From contig ML996689.1 of the NCBI GenBank assembly GCA_010356995.1, forward strand, positions 1,382,691 through 1,446,690: 64,000 bases of DNA, written 5' to 3'. Made by a program: the position numbers and the translations under genes. This stretch comes from Trichodelitschia bisporula. Taxonomy: Eukaryota. This document shows, one piece after another, positions 10,312-21,983 of the stretch (its first letter is position 1; each line of letters begins with the position of its first letter). The notes under the pieces were generated by a model. The model had not been told where the DNA came from. It made no database searches and was given only the letters and a program-made list of their open reading frames with translations.

Positions 10312-11095
10312 GATGCTTATGCGCCTTTGTTGTTCTGTCTCGTCCGTGAAAACTGAGGCTATCAAGTTCGCGGCTGATAACAAAGGAGGGGGGAGGCTAT
10401 CACGTGGAGGGCGTCAACGGAGGCTGACAGCAGAAGTTCTAATCCGAAAGATCTTATGTCCGTGGACGGGTGCTAGGTACTTCGAGGAATTATTTGTTGA
10501 CTTCAAAGCTTGACTTCATATGTGCCGAGGAGCAGAGAGCAGCTGTCAGATGTGACCTATCGTACCCGTTAGCGCAACGCGCGGCCGCGCTGGAATGCGG
10601 GGGTTCTGGCGCCATGGGATCGAGCGATTCGCGTTAACTCGGATTCACGGTTCCAAGGCACCAGGAGAGGGATCTTGTCTTTATGTTGAGGACTTGGGAG
10701 GAATCTTCATATGGCCTTGAGGTGCGAACTGACAAAATGTCTTCGGAATGGTGCGGGCATAACGGAACCTAAGTTCAAACTATTCCATTGTGAGTTTCGG
10801 TTGAACGCGATACAGGACCACCGCATCTTATCATATTTGAGCCAGATATGAAGAACATCAAGCATTAGGCATGAAAGATGGAGTCGTGCGAGGTTTGTTT
10901 CACAGAATCAGGGCTGATATATGGAGCATGCATATCACGTGATAGGGCGCCAGCGCGCGATGATCCATAAAAAATTCCACCATGAGCTGAGCTTTCAACG
11001 TCGTGTCTACACAATAATGCCTTACATACCCCACCTCTCGTTGGTGTAGGTGCAACCCTTTCGGATCCAAGGAGCGTCTGCAGTCTGGAAGAACC

Positions 11096-12817
11096 ATGCC
11101 GTGCCCGAACCTCAACACCCTCACGCCCTTCCTTTATCCTTTCTCTGAGTCCGACCTCCTCGCAGCCTACCGCTTCGCCCGTCGCATAGCCTCGTCAGCC
11201 CCGCGACGACTACATCGCTATACCCATACGGCCCCGGCTATCGTTACCTCTCGGCTCAATCCTACCCCAGACAACTATGCAACCACCCCCTTCACCGACC
11301 GCTGCACAATATCGCTGCACGCAGGCTCAGGAGGAAATGGCTGCGTGTCTTTTGTGCGCGAAAAATTTATCTCCGAGGGCCCACCAAACGGCGGAGATGG
11401 CGGCAGTGGTGGAAATATCTACATCCAAGCTATACGCAATGAGACCTCTCTACACAAGGTGGCGCGCATACGCGACTTCCGGGCAGGACGTGGAGGTCAT
11501 GGGCAAGGGAGCAGTAAGGGCGGGCAGCGTGGAGAGGACATCGTGATCCAAGTCCCTGTTGGTACGGTGGTGAGGGAGCTCTCGAGGTGGGATCCAGTAG
11601 CAGTGGAGGAGGAACTGTTCTGGGAGGATCTCAAGGAGAAGCGCCGCCTGAAGAAGGAGGCGGCGATCGCAGCAGCTGAGGCCGCCGCTGAAGCCGCTGA
11701 AGCTGCAAAACTGGCCGGCGAAGAGCTGCCTGAAGAAGTTAAAGACACTCCGACGTTTGAGGTAGAAACTATTCCTGGCGCAAAGCGTCGTGAGAAGTGG
11801 TTGCTCTATCCCGGAGCTAACCTGTCCACCCTTCTTACCAGCGAACTCCCCGATCTACCTCGCCCGGAGCGCTCCAGCCTTGCAGCAATGGAGCCTCGCT
11901 CGCCCATCCGTCTCGATCTCGATGAGCCCATGGAGCGGCCTCTTCTGCTCGCCGCGGGCGCCCTGGGCGGACACGGCAACCCGCACTTTGCGAAGAAGGA
12001 AATGCCCCGGCCTAAATTTGCCACCAAGGGCAATGGCGGGCTGCGCCTGATGCTACATCTGGAGCTCAAGCTCCTGGCGGACGTAGGGCTCGTTGGACTT
12101 CCTAACGCAGGGAAGAGCACTCTCTTGCGCGCCGTCAGCAACTCTCGCGCCCGCGTCGGCAGCTGGGCTTTCACAACACTCCAACCGAACATAGGCACGG
12201 TCGTACTAGACGACTTTAAAGGCCGCCCGAGGTTCGATGCCCACGTCACCAAGGGCCGGACAAAGTTCACTATCGCTGATATCCCCGGCCTGATTGAAGA
12301 CGCGCATTTGGATAAAGGCCTTGGTCTCGATTTCCTTCGCCACGTCGAACGCGCCGCTGTGCTCGCCTTTGTGCTCGATCTCTCCGCCGGCGATGCCGTC
12401 GCCGCACTTAAGGCGCTGTGGCGCGAGGTCAGTGCCTTTGAACAGCGCAGTTCGAAGGAGAGGCTGGACGAAAGCGCTGCTATCGTTGACTGGCAGCCAC
12501 TCGACGCCATTGCGCCCATTGATCCTGATGCACCGTTCGAACTGCCTCCGCTCGAGCTTCCGCCCATGTCAGGGAAGCCGTGGTTCGTGGTCGCAACTAA
12601 GGCGGATTTAGAGGGCACGCAAGATAACTTTGCGCGCCTGCAGGCGTACCTCAATGATGTGGCCGCCGGCGCGCAAGAGCACCCATCTGGCCACGAGGAT
12701 GCCTGGAAGGAGGTCCTACGGGTACTTCCGGTGAGCGCTATTCAGGGAGCAGGAGTGGAGCAGCTTCCGGAGGTTGTGCTGGAGCTACTGGATCGCGGTT
12801 CTGCGCAAGGGACCTAG
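11096..12817 (+). CDS. MTG2: Mitochondrial Obg-family GTPase
   Basis: Gly-rich Obg fold (AGSGGNG, GPPNGGDGGSGGNI), LKLLADVGLVGLPNAGKST, FTTLQP, ADIPGL, TKAD, VSA. Intronless 573-aa ORF. Confidence 0.92.
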   Translation: MPCPNLNTLTPFLYPFSESDLLAAYRFARRIASSAPRRLHRYTHTAPAIVTSRLNPTPDNYATTPFTDRCTISLHAGSGGNGCVSFVREKFISEGPPNGGDGGSGGNIYIQAIRNETSLHKVARIRDFRAGRGGHGQGSSKGGQRGEDIVIQVPVGTVVRELSRWDPVAVEEELFWEDLKEKRRLKKEAAIAAAEAAAEAAEAAKLAGEELPEEVKDTPTFEVETIPGAKRREKWLLYPGANLSTLLTSELPDLPRPERSSLAAMEPRSPIRLDLDEPMERPLLLAAGALGGHGNPHFAKKEMPRPKFATKGNGGLRLMLHLELKLLADVGLVGLPNAGKSTLLRAVSNSRARVGSWAFTTLQPNIGTVVLDDFKGRPRFDAHVTKGRTKFTIADIPGLIEDAHLDKGLGLDFLRHVERAAVLAFVLDLSAGDAVAALKALWREVSAFEQRSSKERLDESAAIVDWQPLDAIAPIDPDAPFELPPLELPPMSGKPWFVVATKADLEGTQDNFARLQAYLNDVAAGAQEHPSGHEDAWKEVLRVLPVSAIQGAGVEQLPEVVLELLDRGSAQGT

Positions 12818-13025
12818 GGCACATAGCTCTGCGCGCTAACCAAGGGACTTGAACGAACAGCTTCGCAAGCGATCGTTCAAGCCTGATGAAATCGCCTATT
12901 TAGTTTAAAAATAAGCCCTCGCTCCCATGCCTTCGCCCCTTTGTCAAATCCATATGGACGCCCGCAAACAACCAGACCCTTCTATATGACCACTTACCCT
13001 CCATTCGCCTCCATGCTGCATGCTG

Positions 13026-13705
13026 CTATTTCATGACACGGTCGAAAGTCTCCCCTTTGACGGAGTTGCCCATCATGGAAGATCGCACGTTGCGCTTGAA
13101 TGTCTCTCGGCTATTCTTCAGATCTTCCGCCGCAATCTTATTGAGAGGATCTGAGGCGTTCGGTTCAAGGAAGAGGAACTGAAGGCCGACAATGACCGCA
13201 TGGAGATTCAGCACCGGCTTCCAGTCTTCGCGCAAGATGTTGAGGCACACGTTGCCCTCCAGATTGATGTTGGGATGGTAGATCTTCTCCCTGCACCTAA
13301 CCTTCGGGGGCTCATGGGGAAAGTTCTGGTTGATAGCAAAGTCGAAGGTGAAGCGACCGCCGTTGTACAGCCCCTCATCCGGTTCAATCGTGAGTATGAA
13401 GTTGAGAATGTCGTCCGGATTCGGGAACTCGGTCTTCATCGTCGGGCCCAGGGCCAACTCAGAGAGATCTTGAGGGTTAGCTTAGTGCCAAATCTTGCTG
13501 GGGAATGATATGGAGAACGGTACCTTTCTGTACGCGCAGCTGAGCTGCTGTCACGCGCTTCTTAGCCCCGCCTGGTGTACTTGCAGCTTGCTGCTGCTGC
13601 TGCTTCTAGTAGGCTGTTAGTGCTAGACCATTATAGAGCACGCCGGAGACTGCTTGTGCCGCGACGTGGGGCTAATGTACTCGCCATGGACCATAGTTTC
13701 AACAT
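13026..13705 (-). CDS. UBC12: NEDD8-conjugating enzyme Ubc12
   Basis: MLKLWSM/KQQQQQ..KKRVTAAQLRVQK/DLSEL..HPNINLEGNVCLNILREDWKPVL. Introns 13684-13606 (GC-AG) and 13523-13469. Confidence 0.95.
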
Positions 13706-15668
13706 GATGGGAGGTGCGCGGGGAGAGTTGCGGGTGGCGGGGCGCGAGCGGGGTTGAAGGAGCGTGCCGGCGCGAAGGCAAAAATCACGAAAATGGGGCT
13801 ATCCGCGGGGTGGGTTAAGGAGTGCAGGGGCTCTGCGTGTAACAAAGAGATGCGCTGGCAGTTCTTGCAATGAGGTTGTTGGTCATTCACTTCTGGCAGT
13901 CGAAAGTCATTCGCGCGAGTGTGGCGGTGGCGGTGGCGCTGGTTAGGCCATCACGCATTCAGTATATGTGGCGCAGTTCCGCAGCGTTCAGATAATGGCC
14001 TCGGTTGGATTTCAAAGTCAACGTCTCATCATGTAGTGAAATTCTCTTTTGCATCATCTCAGTTCAAAGACCAACATTGAAAGATCGGCCAAAATTCCTT
14101 TGCTCGGCTTGGATGGATATCATTGCAGGGCGCATGCGGTTCTTGAGAATACCGGAGTCGTGTCATCATTCATTGCGACAAACATGACAACTGGAGACTG
14201 CTACCTATAATAGAATCGGATCTCGGTTCAAGGACTTGTGAAGTCCTTGCGAACCCTACCGTTGGGCCTGAACACCCGGTTCAGTCTTGAGAGAAATCAT
14301 GGGTCATCTAATTCTCACAGCCGGGTCCTTGGTACTATCGTAACGCCGCGGGATATCAACCAGCTCGCAGAGATTACACATCGAGGCTTTGAGCATCCAT
14401 AATCTAATCACCGTTGCGCAGGTAGCTTCTGACCGCTGGAAATTAGCATGACCTTTGGTACTAAGCGGCATGGCGTGCTCTTGATAGCGGTACCGGTAGA
14501 GACATGTAGCGGCTGACAGTTAGCAGCCTTGGCCATATGTCTCTTGAGAATTTCGGCAACTATCCATTCGGGTTAAGTCCAATATAAAACAAGATTTAAG
14601 GTAAAGGAAGAACGTGTCCATCGTGAGAGGTACAAAGAGGTCAAAGGCTGAGATCTGAAATAAGGAACTGTTCATTTCTCTTCGCAGCATCGTTGTCTTC
14701 CCGAATGCCACCGAACGCGGAAAGAAGTTCGTGGCATCGGAAGTTACATCCGAACACCCAAGGCAGCACAATCGGTGAGATCCCGTCAGCATTTGTGTGA
14801 CGAAGGAAGTCCTCAAATGCCAAGTCAACTTTCCCCGGTTTGCGTTCGATGAAGGCTAGAAGGTCAGTGCGCACCCGGAAGGATGCGCAACATTTACTCG
14901 TAGACAACCACGCGGACTTCGTCTACTGCGATGCTTTGTGCTCTTCTGACCACTAGGAAGCATAGGAAGCTCGCAATTATGCCTATTTTAGCCCCGCTCT
15001 CCGCTTACTACTGTATCCCACGCCAATCCTCCCGCTAAGTGTTCCCTGGATCCGGAACTTCCAGGAACGAGCACATGGCGGGGAAATGACCCCTCAGATA
15101 AGACTGAAAGCAATATTCCGATGTACTTATCTATACCGCTAACATGCAGTTCTCCTTCGCCTTTGCCTTCTGCCTAGGTTGTCGTAACCATTCCGTCGGA
15201 GTTTCATGGTTCCCAAGAAACGGACCATCCGAAAGACCCCCGTCTCATTGCACCGTTGATCAGGTTCACTTCCTGTATATAGGGCGCGGCCAAGGTCCGC
15301 GTCGGCCCTTTCGACATATATACTTCGGTTGAAATGTTGCGCACCTGCACCGGTTACGTTTCTTATCTATATCGCTCTCATCGACCGACTCTGCAACTGC
15401 GGGGAAGCTCACAGCCACAGCGTCATCTCACCTACAGCTTCCAAGTAGCTAGAGCCCCATCCCACGCCCTATATTCAGCCACAAGGTTGGTGATGCCAGC
15501 TAGGCCTCACGGCAACCCCACATCTTTAGTTTCACTCAGGTTCCCTTATCGCAGGAGTAGCGGGTCCTTCGGCCGTTGGTGACATCGAGTATGGACGGCT
15601 GAAGTTATAAGATTCGCATTGGTTCTCCATTTCGTTTCCATCGTTCATTGACGTCCCATCTCTCAACG

Positions 15669-17672
15669 ATGCTTTTAAGTGGGAAGCTCTCCATTTTGGG
15701 CGCCTTCGGGCTGTTCCTGGCAAGCTCTTCAGCCGCCACATCCCTCACCTCTACCGGCTTCACCTCTACTGTCAATGGCATCTCTTACTTCTCTCCCCCC
15801 AAGTCGGTCGGCACGATCAAGCTTGGCAAAGGCGTCTCAGTCGAGGCTGGCAGCTATGTACCGGTGACTGTCGTTACTACAAGTAGCGACAAATACAGCG
15901 CTTCTGACCTCTCCACAACACTGAAAAGTTTCGGGGCCAAGGACGATGTTTATCAGGACGCGTTTTCTCAGAGTGCGTACCAGTTTAACTTTCAGCGGCT
16001 TGACCCTAATCAGAATTAGTTACATATGTCCAATACACCGGGGGACAGCCGAAGGATCCCAAGTACAAGGGCACTGTGTTGACTACCAAGACCACTGCAG
16101 CAGCGGCTATCCCGAATGGCCCGTACTTCTTGTCGTCCTCGGGTGCCCTGTTCAAGGCCTACCGCTTGTACTCCGACTCCATCGGCGCTTTTACCGAAGG
16201 CGTGATTGTCGCCGAGGACGGCTCGGGGTCTGTCCTGCCGGCCGGCGTGGCCGGTCAGTCCGTTGCCATCGCAGTCCCTTCTCGTCTGTACTATACGGCC
16301 ACCGAAGCGAAGCCTCTTGCCGGGGTCCGTCTGGGCGTCAAAGATATCTACGATTTGAAGGGCCTCAAGACCAGCAATGGCAACCGCGCGTGGTATCATT
16401 TCTACCCGGAAGCCAATGGGACGGCTCCGCCTGTCCAAAATCTCATCGATGCAGGTGCTATCCCCGTCGGCAAGATGAAGACCTCACAGTTTGCCAACGG
16501 CGAGTCCGCGACAGCTGACTGGGTTGATTATCATGCGCCTTTCAACCCCCGCGGTGATGGGTACCAACAACCATCTTCGTCTTCCTCGGGTCCGGGTGCC
16601 GCTGCTGGCGCCTATGAATGGCTGGACATTGCTCTTGGCTCAGATACTGGTGGGAGTGTCCGCGGTCCGTCCCAGGTTCAGGGCCTGTTTGGCAACCGAC
16701 CTTCGCATGGCCTCGTTTCACTTGACCACACGATGCCATTGTCACCCCAGCTCGACACTCCTGGCTTGCTTACGCGCGACCCTGTCCTTCACTCAAAGGC
16801 TGCTAAAGCCATGTACAAGGCCAATCTCACCTTCGTCAATGAGTACCCGAAGGATATCCTCCTTGTCGGGTTTCCTTCCACTGCGACATCCGACAGTGAA
16901 AGGATTCTGCTCAATTTCGTCAGCTCACTGAAGTCGTTTTTGTCTGGAAATGCCTCTGTCTTCAATATCACTGCTTCATGGCTATCCTCTCGTCCTGCGA
17001 ATGCGCCTGCCGATCTCAGCGCCTTTTTGAACCTCACGTACCCCACCTTGATCACCAAGGAGCAAATTCGACTCGTCCGTGATCCGTTCTATGCCGACTA
17101 TGCGAAGAAGTATGACGGTCGCCGTCCGTTTGTCAATCCTACTCCGCTGTCCCGGTGGGCGTTCGGCGATAATACTACCGAAACCGTTGAAACGGCCGTG
17201 GCGAACAAGACGGTCTTTATGGACTGGTTCAACAGCAAGGTTCTTGCCCCAGCTCCGAAGACGTGCTCGGACAAGATTCTTTTGTACGTTGGGTCGACGG
17301 CGAGTCCCAGTTACCGTAACATCTACCTCCCGCCCCCGAGCGTACCCTTTGGCTTCTCGTCGGGGCGCTACAGTGTTCTCAGTGAGACGCCGGATCATGT
17401 CATTCCTAGTAAGTGCTGCGCAGTCTTGTGGTAAGCTGAGCTAACCTCGCATAGTTGGTGAGGCGTCGTACAACTCTACCATTACGAACCATGCAGAAGT
17501 CTTGCCGGTGACGGTTGACATCATGGCCGGGAAAGGTTGCGACGGCATGATCTTTTCTCTCACTGAAGCGTTGGTCAAGGCGGGTATTATCAAGCCTACC
17601 GTGGCTGGGGGTAGCAGCGTTTCAGGGGGCGAGATTCTCTACAAGAGAGGGATCGTGGGGAGTGAGCAATGA
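15669..17672 (+). CDS. Secreted amidase-signature family protein (GatA-like)
   Basis: Signal peptide, [45 protein letters not shown]. Introns 15973-16019 and 17409-17454, stop 17670-17672. Confidence 0.92.
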
Positions 17673-18083
17673 GGACATGTAAGGGTGAGTAGATGAAGTA
17701 CATACCAATATGTGGTGGAAGTAATGTCTATCTAAGTCGTCGCCTCTGTGCCACACTATGTGCCAGCCGGTCTTTTGCGTTTGCCTTGCCTGTGGCCCCC
17801 ATCGCCGCGGCGACGCTGTTGTGCTTTCCTTGGTTGTAGCCTCCAATGACGCCGAGATGCCATTGTGTTCTCCTTGGTAGTAGCCTTCACACGAATGCCG
17901 CGATGGTTCCCCATACCTGGTCTCTAGTCTTTAGCATTCTTCTTCCGCAGTCATCACCACCCCTCATCCTCGCCAACAGCACCACCAGCGGACCATCATT
18001 TTCTCGTCACACAAGCTACTTTCTTTCGTATGGCTTCATTTTCTAAATTCCCTTGTTGTAACCTAACTGACAAAGTCAGAATC

Positions 18084-18584
18084 ATGGACAACGGTAGTGC
18101 CCGCCCCATGGTCAAAGAGGACACTGGGGAGAAGGACAACGCGGCCGAGAGCTCGGATGGCTCGTCCTCTGGCGAGTCAATCTACCATAGTGCGACTGGG
18201 GGAGATGAGACCACGAGCAACAAGGATGGTGAAGACCAGGACGATACCTCCGACGCTCAGTCGTTTGTGACGGCTGAAACCCACCAGTCGGTTGCGCCTA
18301 GGCGCTACCAGCTTGGTCGGTTGACGCCGGAGCAGAAGGCGGCTGAGAAGGCTAAGTTTGAGTCGATACCGAACCGTCTTGGTCGTGGTCTTCCCCCATA
18401 CTCGGCAGAAGTCTCCGCCTATTCGGGCAACATTCGGAGTCAGCCCGTTGGCGTCGACTATGATCGTTACCATAACGTCTCCCAAGAGTTTTTTGGACAC
18501 ATGGAGTCGATGTCAGGAGCGGACACGAACTCAGCTGGCGAGAATGACAGTCATGGCCAGGGCGACCGTCAGGGCCGCAACTAG
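18084..18584 (+). CDS. Small acidic/hydrophilic hypothetical protein
   Basis: 166-codon ORF with coding-like codon usage, preceded by an intron-like 18028-18079 (GTATGG..CTAAC/CTGAC..CAG). That splice would also join the 17846 ORF in frame, so the start is uncertain. No recognisable domain. Confidence 0.5.
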   Translation: MDNGSARPMVKEDTGEKDNAAESSDGSSSGESIYHSATGGDETTSNKDGEDQDDTSDAQSFVTAETHQSVAPRRYQLGRLTPEQKAAEKAKFESIPNRLGRGLPPYSAEVSAYSGNIRSQPVGVDYDRYHNVSQEFFGHMESMSGADTNSAGENDSHGQGDRQGRN

Positions 18585-19739
18585 AATCTCGTCTTTAAGA
18601 TATCGGCAGCAGTCAGGGTACGAGAGATGTATCTTCGATGGGCATTCTATGGTTGGTCACTTTCAGCTCAACTTCAATTCCATCCAAGTCGCTAACCTGT
18701 AGTGCCGGTAGTTATCATACGGAACACCAGCAACGTGTGAAGGAAGAGGAACTAGCAGCCGTCTTGAATTCCCCTTAGGAGATGAATACCTCAGACCAAC
18801 GAATTGCTTCGGTCAGGGCATATCTCCACTGCCCTGCCACCACTTGTCACAGAGAACTCTTGGCCACGTCCACTTAATCCATTTCTTTTTTTTCATGCCT
18901 TTGGATGTGTTCCATCAGGACCAGCAGCCGTTCATTGAACGTCAGCCTTTCTTATATCACGTGAACGAGTGTATTCCCACGTGCTGTTATGCAGCCGCCA
19001 CGCCGCCAAGGCTGATGAGCCCGAGAACGGCACACCACACACCACGCGCGGCACTCCCCGCAAGCTATGCCGGTTACCCGCACGTTCGACATTCCCATCA
19101 ACCTGACCTTCAGGCTCGTCGCGACGGACAACACCAGGCGCTTTTTCAATTGGACAAGACCTATCTCTTCCCGCGTCCTGCATGCGGGGTGATTCCAGGA
19201 GATTATCGCGCAATACAATGAGTAGCAGACGCGAGCTTAACGCGACTTAGTTCTGAGTTTTCGGCTTCTGCGTGTACGAACTTGCTAAAAACAGTAGGCC
19301 TTTTGTAGGGTGTAGTGAACAGTAAAACTAGCTACGACATCCCGTACGGCTATCTTGCTTTCCACCGAATGGTGCCGCCTTCGGATTCCTGTTTGCCGCT
19401 GTTGTCGCCATCGTTGCGCGTAATCATATGATTGGCCCGAGAAGGAGCGTCATATTACTTCTATGCTTGCTGCTTAACCTCGTGTTCCTGCTGCGTCGAG
19501 ACGTTCTATCCGATCTTCCGGACATGTAATGTATGTCCATCACGGAAAAGCCATTTGACCTGACGCCATACGCTGTTTGAATGTCGTTATGCTGTCCACC
19601 TTGATGTGCATTTCAAATCCGCTGTGCGGAACGCAGAGGATGGTCACATAAATAAAGAAAGCTGGGCTGCTCTAAGCTTCTTTCATCTCATCAATCACCC
19701 ACCACTCCTCCCATCGGTAAGCCTAACAGAGTTTGGAAC

Positions 19740-21034
19740 ATGTCGACCACAAGAACAGAGACTCAGGCAGAGGCCAATCCCAGGCTAACATTGGCGTTCA
19801 ATGACGAGGTCCACCAAGGCGTAGGTCCTCCTTTGATCATGCGGCCTCTTGCTAAAGGAACCAGTACAAATATGCGGATTATCTTCCCGTCTATGACAAT
19901 GAGACAAAGTTTCCCCCGCTCAAGCCATTCGAATTCGCCGATCGGGGCCTCGCCGCGGACAAATCAAAGCCCAACCTTCTCCCGAAGGATAGCGATTCCA
20001 TAAGGGTCACCCGACTAACCCCGTCCATTGGCACTGAGATTCGTGGCCTCCAGTTGTCGGAGCTTGATGACACACAAAAGAATGAGCTCGCGCTCCTGAT
20101 TGCTGAGCGTGGCGTTGTCGTCTTCCGGGATCAAGACTTCAAGGACGTCGGGCCCCAGAAACAGAAGGCCTTTGGATCGTACTTTGGGCCGCTGCACATT
20201 CATGTATGGTCTCACCGTCTCCTCTATTTGATCTTTTTTTCTAACGTGCAAAAGCCAGTAGGTGCTCACGTGAAGGACAACATCGAGTTTCACAACATTT
20301 ATCTCGGCCCGGATAATGAGTATCGGCTGAGGTCGGCATCCACAAGGCTCAGCACTATCGGATATCACTCCGACGTCTCGTACGAGCATCAGCCACCTGG
20401 CATTACGATCTTGACCTTGCTCTCCGTGCCGGCTACTGGCGGTGACACCGGTTGGGTCTCGCAGGTTTCTGCGTACGAGCGGCTCTCCGATCCGATCAAG
20501 AAGCTGCTTGAGGGGCTCCGCGCTGAGCACAGTGGCCATCCCCAGGCCCAAGGTGCCGAGAGGGATGGGAAGTTCGTTCGCCGCGCTCCAGTCTATTCCG
20601 AGCACCCCATAGTGCGCATCCATCCGGTAAGGGTTGATTCTTGTCATCTCGCTCTGCTCTGGCTGATATATGTCAAAGGCTACGGGCAAGAAGGCGCTTT
20701 TCGTGAACAGGGGTTTCACTAAGCGAATCATCGGACTAAAGACTGAAGAATCCGACGCTCTGCTCCAACTGCTATTCAACGTCAGTCCATTCCTTTCTTT
20801 CATTTCCATTGTATCACTGACCCCCTGTAGCACATTGCACAAGGCCAGGACTTCCAGGTCCGCGTCAAGTGGGAGGAAGGCACGGTTGCGTTGTGGGATA
20901 ACCGCGTTACAGCGCACACGGCGATCTCGGACTATGACGTGCACAATCCTCAGGAAGGGCTTAGGCACGGCTTCAGGATCACAACACTGGCAGATAAACC
21001 CACAGGTGTAGAGGGCCTCCAGTCCGTGTGGTGA
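19740..21034 (+). CDS. TauD/TfdA alpha-ketoglutarate-dependent sulfonate dioxygenase (Jlp1-like)
   Basis: LTPSIGTEIRG, AERGVVVFRDQ, YHSDVSYE (H-x-D), GGDT, HPIVRIHP, WDNRVTAH, RHGFR. Introns 19821-19864, 20204-20254, 20627-20678, 20781-20830. Confidence 0.93.
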
Positions 21035-21983
21035 GGGATGAAATATAAGCTTGTGGGGTTCAGTAATCTTTCTGAGTCCAAATGGGACGATCTCAGCCTC
21101 GTACACGCAGCCTGATACAAGTTTTAGGAAACCATGAAATCATTACGCACATTTTGTCATTGAACCTTGGATGTGGATCACAAGCACAGGGTGTTGACAC
21201 TCAACAACACCGAGCCCACAGGGGCTGGGAGCTGACACCCAAACCCATCCCTTGCTGCGGGGGTCTGCCAGCGAGCACGAAGGGAATAAACAGGCCGGCC
21301 AGGCTGAAAGGGGCCGATAAAGATCCCAAATGCTCCTGTACCCAGTATCAAGGATTTATCAAGACTACTCTCGTTATATGCGTCCGTCGAATGACATCGA
21401 GGCAAAGAGCGCGGAAATAGTGGAACTATGATGCCCAAACGAGGAAGGGGTAGGGGTCCCAAGAGTTTGATATGTGAACTGCACTTTCGCTATACATTCC
21501 TGAGATTCAAATCAATAGATTCACGTAAAAGAGCCTCAAATTCGCAGTCGAATGACCCCAAATACGTATATCTTCTGAAGATGGTGGAGCGGCAGACAGC
21601 TGTTGGCAACTCTCCCAGCACGGAGAGGCTTTAGCTGCGGAAGGCTAGCGGTGATTGGCTCTGTGGGAATGCACAGGGAGGCGTGGGCGAAAAGGCCAAG
21701 AGCCAAGACGGCTAAACGAGGGAGGCCAGGCTACAGGGGTCACAGTCGCGCGTCGACATACCTCCAACCCAACACCCCGAACTCTCGCAATCATCTTTCC
21801 TTCCTTTCACACTGCCCTGACCCCGCGAAACTTCCTCTCGCTCTTCTCACCACCACACAACGCGTTGTCGCACATCGCGTTTTTGTTCTTCTCCAGCCCC
21901 TTTCCATTGAAGACTGCCTTCTTTCAGCCTTATATCAACCATTTATCTCTTGGCCAGCATCCGCCGCAAGGCTCGGAGGAAGC

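Noticed and set aside
12905..12914. MEF2-like TTAAAAATAA between MTG2 and UBC12
   Set aside because: It lies between convergent 3' ends and is more simply an AT-rich polyadenylation/termination signal.
14644..14960. Protein-like, stop-interrupted + strand frames between UBC12 and the amidase
   Set aside because: Could be a gene relic, but no recognisable motif or splice structure supports it.
19067..19225. Short protein-like frame MPVTRTFDIPINL.. with an internal TGA
   Set aside because: Too short and without a recognisable family.
20015..21106. 363-aa minus-strand ORF
   Set aside because: Antisense shadow of the TauD gene with no domain motifs. The similar shadows over MTG2, ISW2, DIP2 and MSB1 were also rejected.
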